Shown: positions 1 to 6,665 of the stretch, piece after piece
Numbering within the stretch: the stretch's first letter is position 1
Layout of the letters: each line of letters begins with the position of its first letter
Assembly (NCBI GenBank): GCA_048938385.1
Contig: JBHLMG010000001.1
Coordinates: 183,703-215,702 of the forward strand
DNA: 32,000 nt
Reading direction: 5' to 3'
DNA from: Promethearchaeota archaeon
GTDB taxonomy: Archaea > Asgardarchaeota > Hermodarchaeia > Hermodarchaeales > Hermodarchaeaceae
The notes under the pieces: generated by a model
Seen by the model: only the letters and a program-made list of their open reading frames with translations
What the model was told of the DNA's origin: nothing
Database searches by the model: none
Made by a program: the position numbers and the translations under genes

Positions 1-492
1 CGGGCTAGTTACTTCGTGATAGGTGACCCGTCCATCCCGGTCAATTAATCCTGCTCGAATTCGGGTTGACGATATTGAAATATGGTCCTCTGCCATTACC
101 ATAGTCAATACAGCGATATGGAGGAGTGGAAGTCCCTTATCTTTTCGAATTTCGTTGATTTCCTTTGCGACGGGACAAGTTTCTTCACTCACTACAATGA
201 GTTGAAGTTCTGGCATAATGATGGCAGGTCCGTGTGGATCATATAAGGGTTGAATGGTGTATCGTCCCTTGTAGCTTTCAGAATCGAGCCATCGTTTGAG
301 TTCAGATTCTCGTTCCTCGTAACTGGCTATTTTTTCCCAGTCCGGTTTGTGTTTAATCATTTCTTGGGTTGTTAAACCAATAAGCACTCTTTTTCCCAAT
401 TCAAACGCTCGACGGAGGAGTGTTTTGTGTCCTTTATGTAGTTGGTCAAAAGTGCCTCCGATGGCGACCCAATTGTAGTGCTTTTTGGACAC
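1..492 (-). CDS. coaD: Archaeal phosphopantetheine adenylyltransferase (CoaD/PPAT-type), 3' end truncated by window edge
   Basis: Reverse-strand reading from a GTG at 492 stays open to base 1. It gives MSKKHYNWVAIGGTFDQLHKGHKTLLRRAFELGKRVLIGL...SSTRIRAGLIDRDGRVTYHEVTSP, with the nucleotidyltransferase GGTFDxLHxGH and ISSTRIR motifs. It is missing from the supplied ORF track because it runs off the edge. Confidence 0.85.
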   Translation of the reverse strand, partial: MSKKHYNWVAIGGTFDQLHKGHKTLLRRAFELGKRVLIGLTTQEMIKHKPDWEKIASYEERESELKRWLDSESYKGRYTIQPLYDPHGPAIIMPELQLIVVSEETCPVAKEINEIRKDKGLPLLHIAVLTMVMAEDHISISSTRIRAGLIDRDGRVTYHEVTSP

Positions 493-571
493 GACGCAGT
501 CCTCATGCCATGCTCTAATCTTCTGTTGAAAAAGCTTTACCACGAGCCAAGTAAGAGCGAATATTCGCGGT

Positions 572-1678
572 TTAGGCTATGCCGATAGTATTTCCGATGC
601 CTGCGACAATGAGGGTATCGCCTTTTTCCGAATTTTTTAAGATTCCATCTTTGAGTTTTTCAATGACCTTTGGAACGGCATCTACTAGAGCTTTTTTCAT
701 GGGACTTAGCGCGTCTTCAATTGATTCCTTGATGACGATGGCGTCAAGAGGTATGTTGTGTTTCACACCAGAGTCTTCCATCTCGAATTTCTCCGGTCCG
801 GGGTCTCCAATCGCTGCACCGACTCCGATAATCACATGACCTGTATCTTCGCCTTCAAGTTTCAAACCTGCGTCCACAGTGATAATGCGAGCGATTTGAC
901 CCTTATTTCGTTCAACGATTTTTCTAATTCCTATTCCTGGTTCTCCAACATGTCCGCCATGCCCTTTAGCGCGTACAAACCATAACGTGCGACCCTCAAA
1001 ATTACCAGAAAACGCTATTGTGTGCTTGGCGATCTCCTCTGGGTCACCGGCTTGAATTTCCCGGGCAAAGTGAGCGATTGCTAAAGGCCCCATCCCATCA
1101 CCAATGGGTTTTCCTTCTGAAAATGCTCGCACCGCTTCAAAATACGCCTTAGCCAACTGAATAATTTCAGGTAACTGCATCTGCAATTGAATTACATAAT
1201 AGATGCTCTTAGTTTTCTTTCCGAGAAGCAAGAAGTGCCGAACAACGCGATAAACATAATGCAACGCCATGGCTCCTGATAACACATTTTGTGCATTCGC
1301 TGCTTGCACCGGGGTTGCGCTAGGAGCAATACGATTCACATGCGCCTCATATCGGTTTTCTCGCACATCAAGAAGGTGCTTGATTCGCTGTAGTACTCCG
1401 GCTGGATCTACATTCACCGGTTCGATTAAGAAGAATTCTAAGAAGTCATCAAGAGTTGATTTTACATCTTCCTCTTTGACTTTCAAGTCCTTTAACGCCC
1501 GATGTGCAATCTGTTTACCCTGTTTTGCTAAAACTTCTATTTGGCGTAATCCGGATTCTACTTGTTTTGTCCAAATATAGGTCTGTAGGCGTTGCCCGTA
1601 CAGATAGATGAACATGAACATGACAATGAAAATTAAGTTGACAATCCAATTGAATTCGGAACCTGGAATTTGCAACAT
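572..1678 (-). CDS. DUF1512 family archaeal protein with N-terminal transmembrane segment
   Basis: 368 aa ORF. N-terminal hydrophobic helix WIVNLIFIVMFMFIYLYG, then conserved-looking GDGMGPLAIAHFAREI, VRAKGHGGHVGEPG and IVAGIGNTIGI. Confidence 0.7.
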   Translation of the reverse strand: MLQIPGSEFNWIVNLIFIVMFMFIYLYGQRLQTYIWTKQVESGLRQIEVLAKQGKQIAHRALKDLKVKEEDVKSTLDDFLEFFLIEPVNVDPAGVLQRIKHLLDVRENRYEAHVNRIAPSATPVQAANAQNVLSGAMALHYVYRVVRHFLLLGKKTKSIYYVIQLQMQLPEIIQLAKAYFEAVRAFSEGKPIGDGMGPLAIAHFAREIQAGDPEEIAKHTIAFSGNFEGRTLWFVRAKGHGGHVGEPGIGIRKIVERNKGQIARIITVDAGLKLEGEDTGHVIIGVGAAIGDPGPEKFEMEDSGVKHNIPLDAIVIKESIEDALSPMKKALVDAVPKVIEKLKDGILKNSEKGDTLIVAGIGNTIGIA

Positions 1679-1784
1679 CTTGCGTCACTAATAATATGGT
1701 ACTGCCGGAACGGAACAAGTATGGAATAAAAACCTTTGCGTATGGTTAATCCCGCTCACGCATAGAAGACAAGGAAAAAGAAGT

Positions 1785-1900
1785 GGCGCAGTTCACACTT
1801 TTCCCGACACCTCTCGGACATCAGTACTCAGGGCGACGAAGCCGGCTTAACTTCCGGGATCTGACGAGACCGGGTGTGACCCAGCTTCTATGACCGCGCC
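1785..1900 (-). rRNA. rrf: 5S rRNA
   Basis: Reverse complement GGCGCGGTCATAGAAGCTGGGTCACACCCGGTCTCGTCAGATCCCGGAAGTTAAGCCGGCTTCGTCGCCCTGAGTACTG...GGTGTCGGGAAAAGTGTGAACTGCGCC. It has the 5S core CCCGGAAGTTAAG and pairing GGCGC/GCGCC ends. Confidence 0.9.
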
Positions 1901-1957
1901 AACCAGCAGGATTCGTCCCCGGTATAAAAGTGTTGTGAAATCTTAGATGCCAAAAAA

Positions 1958-2034
1958 TGGTGGGCCGGCCGAGATTCGAACTCGGGACCACGAGGTCCCA
2001 AACCTCGCATCATACCGAACTAGACTACCGGCCC
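1958..2034 (-). tRNA. tRNA-Pro(TGG), intronless, encoded CCA
   Basis: GGGCCGG...CCGGCCC acceptor. Anticodon arm CGAGG TTTGGGA CCTCG. T-arm CCGAG TTCGAAT CTCGG. ACCA at the 3' end. Confidence 0.93.
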
Positions 2035-2098
2035 AGACTCTGCTAGTGGTAACAGATGGAGTTGAAAAACCTTTGTCCAATTTAGCTGTTCCGATACG

Positions 2099-2746
2099 CT
2101 ATGCCGTTCCCACTCCTTCGATCAGGAACCTGATGTAATAGTAGGGCTTTCCGTTCGTATAGTTAACTTTGGGAGGGGATGATACGATGCCAAAATGGGT
2201 CTTCAACAGGTGCACGAGTTCTTTCAGAAAACCTCTGTCCCGCTGCTTCAATTGCACTCGATTCTTCGACACTGAACCATCAGTATGTATTAAACCACGC
2301 ATATAATGCTGGAAGAGCGATGCGTTTTCCGCAATCAACGAGGGAACCCTCAAACGATCTTTCTTCCCAGATTGAAATCCTAGTTGAATAAAAAAGAAAT
2401 ACACTGCCGCACAATTGATGTTAATGGCGTAGCAGTTCTTCTTTCGTTTATCTCTTTGAATACGAGGTTGATAGCGAAAGAGCTCTCTAATTAGAACTGG
2501 TAACTGCTCAATGTAGTCTTTGCGCCCCACAACATTTACTCGATAATAGTAACCCCCTCCCTTCCGTTTACACTTGTTTAGGTTACCATCACCCGCAACA
2601 ACGCCAGCGAAGTATGCAACTTTTTCGTTAATTTTTGGAATTTTTATCCGAGTTTTTTTGGTGCAGATAAAGCCATCTTCAATTTTATGCCATACACCAG
2701 CCTCATGCAAAATCTGCGAAATTGCATACACATCAACGCCATTCAT
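2099..2746 (-). CDS. Free-standing LAGLIDADG-type homing endonuclease
   Basis: 215 aa ORF with two LAGLIDADG-like helices: YFAGVVAGDGNL and YMRGLIHTDGSV. It lies between two tRNA genes on the same strand. Confidence 0.85.
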   Translation of the reverse strand: MNGVDVYAISQILHEAGVWHKIEDGFICTKKTRIKIPKINEKVAYFAGVVAGDGNLNKCKRKGGGYYYRVNVVGRKDYIEQLPVLIRELFRYQPRIQRDKRKKNCYAININCAAVYFFFIQLGFQSGKKDRLRVPSLIAENASLFQHYMRGLIHTDGSVSKNRVQLKQRDRGFLKELVHLLKTHFGIVSSPPKVNYTNGKPYYYIRFLIEGVGTA

Positions 2747-2792
2747 TCTAAAGATGATTCCACTAAGAACTCTAAAAACTCATTAACAGAAT

Positions 2793-2867
2793 TGGAGCCT
2801 CCGCCGGGACTTGAACCCGGGACTGGTGGCTTACAAGGCCACTGCCCTACCGCTAGGCCACGGAGGC
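2793..2867 (-). tRNA. tRNA-Thr(TGT), intronless, encoded CCA
   Basis: GCCTCCG/CGGAGGC acceptor. GTGGC CTTGTAA GCCAC anticodon arm. CCGGG TTCAAGT CCCGG T-arm. TCCA end. Confidence 0.93.
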
Positions 2868-2961
2868 TCGTTTGAGGTTACACAAGCACATCTGATTAAT
2901 GATTCGGAATGAATCGGTGCATCGTGGGTTGCTAACGGGAATTGCACAAAAATGTTTTTCT

Positions 2962-3009
2962 GGCTAGGGTGGCTGCTGGTCGTGGCTTCAAGTCCCGCCT
3001 GAGGCTCCA
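2962..3009 (+). pseudogene. tRNA remnant (related to tRNA-Thr), anticodon arm missing
   Basis: GGTCGTGGCTTCAAGTCCCGCCTGAGGCTCCA (2978-3009) closely matches the 3' part of the tRNA-Thr(GGT) at 5616-5693 (GGTCGCGGGTTCGAATCCCGCCTGAGGCTCCA). A D-loop-like CTGGCTAG lies just upstream. The conserved G53 is mutated and there is no acceptor 5' strand. Confidence 0.55.
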
Positions 3010-3094
3010 TTTCACTTGTAGCTGTTCATCGTAAGGACGGGTTGGGGTGGATTTGGGTGTGGTTCAAGGTGGTGGGATCGTACGCTTTCAGGTC

Positions 3095-3616
3095 TCATGG
3101 GGGTGGGGGTGCAAGTGCACCTTCGTGAATGCACAGGTGGGTGGGGTTCGCGGGGGGTGATTGGAGGGCGTTCCGTAAGAAGGTGGGGTAGAGGGGGCAT
3201 GTTTCGAGTGTGGTAACGGGATACCACTTGAAGATGAGGGTGTGCCCGTTTTCTTCGCCGAGGAATGTGTCCTGTTCGTAAAGCGGTGAGTGTTGGGGGA
3301 ATTGGAACAGGTAGTAGAACCCAATCTCATGAGAGGGTGTTAGGAATATCGGGTGGGTTGGGCCGGATCCTTCTTCATGCTGGAAGAAGTTTTCTACAAC
3401 CCAGAGGAGCCGTTCAATCTGGACGGGGGTCTCAGTCTCCTCGAGCATCTCGCGTTTCAAAGCCTGCTCTGTAGTTTCCAGATGTCGTACCCGCCCTCCA
3501 GGGAGCGCCCAGAAGTCCCATCCTTCCACCTGGTGGAGTAACACGCGATGATCCTGAAAAACCACACCGGCGGTGCGTAACATGAACCGCCCCGTTCCAA
3601 CTGGAAAGAAAAGCAT
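3095..3616 (-). CDS. Nudix hydrolase
   Basis: 173 aa ORF with a Nudix box: GGRVRHLETTEQALKREMLEETE. Confidence 0.85.
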   Translation of the reverse strand: MLFFPVGTGRFMLRTAGVVFQDHRVLLHQVEGWDFWALPGGRVRHLETTEQALKREMLEETETPVQIERLLWVVENFFQHEEGSGPTHPIFLTPSHEIGFYYLFQFPQHSPLYEQDTFLGEENGHTLIFKWYPVTTLETCPLYPTFLRNALQSPPANPTHLCIHEGALAPPPP

Positions 3617-3736
3617 GGCGTCTAAGAACCGCTGTCATCTCATATTTCTTTTACCATTAACCGGGTATGGGAATAACCCTATGCGTTCAAACTTGGGAAA
3701 TTGGCAAGGAAGTTGGTCAAGAAATCGGGAAAAAGG

Positions 3737-3844
3737 TGCGGGGGCCGGGCTTCGAACCCGGGAACTCCTACGAGACAGGATCTTAAGTCCTGCGCCTTTG
3801 ACCAAGCTTGGCTTTGAGGTCTCCATTAATGGAGAAACCCCCGC
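3737..3844 (-). tRNA. tRNA-Leu(TAA) with a 23-nt non-canonical intron between positions 8 and 9
   Basis: Acceptor GCGGGGG/CCCCCGC. Anticodon arm CAGGA CTTAAGA TCCTG. Long variable arm. T-arm CCGGG TTCGAAG CCCGG. The D-arm GCCAAGCTTGGTCAAAGGC is separated from the acceptor by an intron at 3836-3814. BHB: GGC-GGGG-(GTT)-TCTCCATTAATGGAGA-CCTC-(AAA)-GCC. Confidence 0.88.
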
Positions 3845-3991
3845 CGCTCAGTCATTGCGGGCGCTACCCTTGGACACGCCCCCGCACAGTTGATGGCGTG
3901 ACAAAGTTATTTCGGTGCTTAAAATTGCTTCGCGTTGGTGGCGCATACCGAAAATTAGCGCTATATTGGTGTGGTGAGAATAACGCATGAA

Positions 3992-5299
3992 CTACTCCTG
4001 AATAATTCCAGGAGTTCCCATCGAGTCCACTCCCCGAGGAATGTGGGGGAGGGCTGTGTGTCGATGCAAGCCATGCAAGAACGCTTGCAGTGGCTCCCTG
4101 TTCACAGGGGATTGCTGCAATAGGAACCGCACCATGATGTTGACTGCCGCGTTTTTATCTCGATCCAATGTGGTTCCACAATTGCATTGAATAACGCGCT
4201 CGGATAATAACCGATCATTGATTTGACCGCAGACACAACAGGTCTTCGTAGTATACGATTCGTCAATTCTTGCCACTCTCTTCCCTACTTTTTCAGCTTT
4301 GTAGGTCAAGAATTCGGCGAACCTACCTAACGCTCCTGTATTATATACTGAATAATTCAAGGTCCGCGCAGCTTGAGCTCTTAGGGAATTACCCTTCAGC
4401 TGTTGCTTCCGAGCCATGGTTTTGACCTTGAGGGCACCTAAGACAAGTGTATTGGCCTGTGTATTTTCGACAACATTTTTTGACACTTTGTGTTGATAAT
4501 CGCGTAGCTGGTTGGCTAGCTTCTGTTGCATTTTTTGGAGTTTTTTGCGATAGAAGTGCCACCTGTGACTGCCTTTTTTGCAATGGTCGCGCCGGGATTG
4601 CACCTCCTGGATTTTCTTTCTCCAGTACAGGTCGGGACGACGGTTCTGAATCTGGATAAATTTTCCATGCATGTTGACCGCGGTGACTAAATTCGTAATG
4701 CCCAGGTCAATGGCTTGGTATAGCATATTATCCACAAATGGAGAAACCTTCGCAGAACGCACAATTGCCACAAACCACCTATGACGCGCATCCTGAAAGA
4801 TTTCTACTTGCTTAACCTCTCCTTCAAGTCGTGACAGCCAAGGCAAATTAAAAAGTAGTGCCACTCCCGAAGGATGCTTGTGAGAAAATTGTATAGTCTT
4901 TCTCTCGGTATCGATGCTAAATCCTGATTGATTGTAGCACAGTGTCGTGAAGAAATTCTTACCTTTGAACCTGGGCGGTCGTGCTTGCTTGTCACCTGTT
5001 TTCCATCGGGCAAAGAAAGACTTGTAGTCAGCATCCAACTTCCGAAGTGTCATTTGGAGAACCTTCGAATAGACCCAGAAATATTCAGGAAATTGGCGTT
5101 TGAGGGCAGGTAGGTTGTTCTGTTGTGTTGTGTAGGTGATATAGTTTCGCTCTGTCTCCGGTTTCGTGCGATTTGATTCCCAGTTTTGACGGCGTTCGTT
5201 CAGGGCGAAGTTGTAGAGGAGCCGACATTTCTCAGACAAGATCCATAATATCTGCTCTTGTTTTGGTGTGGGTTTTATGCAAATTTTATGTGTCAGCAT
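3992..5299 (-). CDS. tnpB: TnpB (IS605/IS1341-type RNA-guided RuvC/OrfB protein)
   Basis: The ORF extends to 5416, but homology-like sequence starts at the Met at ~5299 (MLTHKICIKPTPKQEQILWILSEKCRLLYNFALNER). It has RuvC-I AIDLGITN, zinc ribbon CCVCG...CNCG and RuvC-III LDRDKNAAVNIM. No adjacent tnpA. Confidence 0.9.
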   Translation of the reverse strand: MLTHKICIKPTPKQEQILWILSEKCRLLYNFALNERRQNWESNRTKPETERNYITYTTQQNNLPALKRQFPEYFWVYSKVLQMTLRKLDADYKSFFARWKTGDKQARPPRFKGKNFFTTLCYNQSGFSIDTERKTIQFSHKHPSGVALLFNLPWLSRLEGEVKQVEIFQDARHRWFVAIVRSAKVSPFVDNMLYQAIDLGITNLVTAVNMHGKFIQIQNRRPDLYWRKKIQEVQSRRDHCKKGSHRWHFYRKKLQKMQQKLANQLRDYQHKVSKNVVENTQANTLVLGALKVKTMARKQQLKGNSLRAQAARTLNYSVYNTGALGRFAEFLTYKAEKVGKRVARIDESYTTKTCCVCGQINDRLLSERVIQCNCGTTLDRDKNAAVNIMVRFLLQQSPVNREPLQAFLHGLHRHTALPHIPRGVDSMGTPGIIQE

Positions 5300-5416
5300 C
5301 TTGTGGCTCATGCTACAGATATGGTGCGCGTTCGGATTTTTCAGTCTAGAGGGAGGGGGACTGATAACTATCTGGTCAATTCTTCCCGGGAATGCTAAAA
5401 CAGAGATTTTCTGCAA
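3992..5416 (-). mobile_element. Solo TnpB element (IS1341-like); ends not resolved
   Basis: TnpB ORF without a Y1 transposase, wedged between tRNA-Leu and tRNA-Met. Element ends and guide RNA could not be delimited by eye. Confidence 0.6.
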
Positions 5417-5450
5417 AATAGTTAAAAGGTACGAGCTGGGGTTAAGTGCT

Positions 5451-5602
5451 GCCGAGGTAGCTTAGCCTGGTTGAGCGCCAGACTCATAGGGCACTGCCCC
5501 AGGGTCAAGATTTGATGATTGCTGGCGCACCGGAGACATCTGGAGGTCGCGGGTTCGAACCGATGTCCTCGGGACTTCGCGGAACGCCCGCCCTCGGCAC
5601 CA
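5451..5602 (+). tRNA. tRNA-Met(CAT) (elongator-like) with two introns: anticodon loop (5489-5537) and T-arm (~5561-5586)
   Basis: GCCGAGG/CCTCGGC acceptor. CCAGA CTCATA^...^A TCTGG. T-arm GCGGG TTCGAAC ^ ... ^ CCCGC. Removing 49 + 26 nt gives a 77-nt tRNA including encoded CCA. The second intron's borders are ambiguous by 1 nt. Confidence 0.83.
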
Positions 5603-5615
5603 ATTGAAGAGTTGA

Positions 5616-5693
5616 GCCTCAGTGGCATAGCCTGGCTAGCGCACCGCCTTGGTAAGGCGGGGGTCGCGGGTTCGAATCCCGCCTGAGGCTCCA
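5616..5693 (+). tRNA. tRNA-Thr(GGT), intronless, encoded CCA
   Basis: GCCTCAG/CTGAGGC acceptor. CCGCC TTGGTAA GGCGG anticodon arm. GCGGG TTCGAAT CCCGC T-arm. Confidence 0.95.
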
Positions 5694-5775
5694 CAATTTT
5701 TGTGTTTTCAAGGGAAGATGTGAGATTTTTAAAGAGAAAGCGAATGAATCCCTATGCTGGCAACTGTAATGCGAG

Positions 5776-6474
5776 GTGAATTTCGCCATGACGGTGGATG
5801 AAGAAAAACGCTTAGCGGCAGAAGCTGCGATCAATCATGTGTCTGATGGGATGTGTTTAGGTGTTGGTACAGGTTCGACGGTGGAAGTGTTCATTGAGTT
5901 ACTAGTTGAGAAAATTGCGGCAGAAAACATCACCATCACAGCAGTTCCCACCTCGTGTGCCACTCAACTACGGTTACATGATGTTGGAATCACCACCATT
6001 CCTTTGGGGTGCGTCACGAGTTTACCTTGCGCTGTGGATGGTGCTGACGAAGTAGATTCCACCATGGCCCTCATTAAAGGGGGAGGAGCTGCGCTTCTTC
6101 GAGAAAAAATCTTAGCTGAAGCAGCTCAGCAATTGGTCATCATTGTTGACAGTGGTAAATTAGTTAAACGATTAGGGGCTCGAACACCCATTCCGGTAGA
6201 GGTTCTTCCTGAAGCTCTCGCACTGACCATGGATCGAATTCAACAACTCGGTGGTTCACCCATGCTACGACAAGCCAAACGAAAAGCAGGTCCTATCATC
6301 ACCGATAACGGAAATTTCATCCTAGATGTAACATTTCCCAAAATCACCAATATCGCAGCCTTAGATACAAAACTCAACGCGATTCCTGGAGTTATTGAAA
6401 ACGGGCTTTTTCCAGATCAAGCTGATGTTGTGTATGTTGGTCAAAAGAAGACTGTGAAAATCTTACAACGATAA
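5776..6474 (+). CDS. rpiA: Ribose-5-phosphate isomerase A
   Basis: 232 aa. LGVGTGSTVEVFIELL, DGADEVDSTMALIKGGGAALLREKI and GNFILDVTF motifs. Confidence 0.93.
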   Translation: MNFAMTVDEEKRLAAEAAINHVSDGMCLGVGTGSTVEVFIELLVEKIAAENITITAVPTSCATQLRLHDVGITTIPLGCVTSLPCAVDGADEVDSTMALIKGGGAALLREKILAEAAQQLVIIVDSGKLVKRLGARTPIPVEVLPEALALTMDRIQQLGGSPMLRQAKRKAGPIITDNGNFILDVTFPKITNIAALDTKLNAIPGVIENGLFPDQADVVYVGQKKTVKILQR

Positions 6475-6521
6475 AACACAACATCCATAAAGTACTAGCT
6501 CTTCTTCGCTAGCCAATACGA

Positions 6522-6644
6522 GGGCCCGTGGCCAAGTCGGATAGGATGAAAATCTCCGCAGAAGGCGCCGGCCTCCTAAGCCGGTAATCCCGGGTTCGAA
6601 AGCGTCCATCCTGATTGGCGTCGAGATTCCCGGCGGGCCCGCCA
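6522..6644 (+). tRNA. tRNA-Arg(CCT) with two non-canonical introns: D-loop (6544-6560, 17 nt) and T-loop 59/60 (6601-6627, 27 nt)
   Basis: GGGCCCG/CGGGCCC acceptor. CCGGC CTCCTAA GCCGG anticodon arm, uninterrupted. D-loop BHB: CGGA-(TAG)-GAT-GAAA-ATC-TCCG-(CAG). T-loop BHB: CCGGG-TTCG-(AAA)-GCGTC...GGCGT-CGAG-(ATT)-CCCGG. The spliced product is 79 nt including CCA. Confidence 0.88.
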
Positions 6645-6665
6645 TTTTCTTAATGATGTTGAGTT

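Noticed and set aside
3845-3887. GCGGGGGCG...CGCCCGC as the true 5' exon of tRNA-Leu, implying a ~65-nt intron
   Set aside because: The nearer GCGGGGGT copy makes a perfect BHB and restores U8/A9. The distal copy does not.
3992-5299. TnpB interpreted as a nuclease-dead repressor (TldR-like) because RuvC-II Glu is Gly
   Set aside because: Both RuvC Asp motifs are intact and a Glu is present in the RIDES segment, near where rearranged-site TnpB/Fanzor proteins carry theirs. Inactivity cannot be claimed from sequence alone.
5489-5537. tRNA-Met intron as a box C/D guide RNA (contains TTGATGATTG)
   Set aside because: Only a box C-like motif is visible, with no convincing D/D' box in a 49-nt intron. 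The tRNA-Tyr intron likewise has only a partial CTGA/ATGAT pair.
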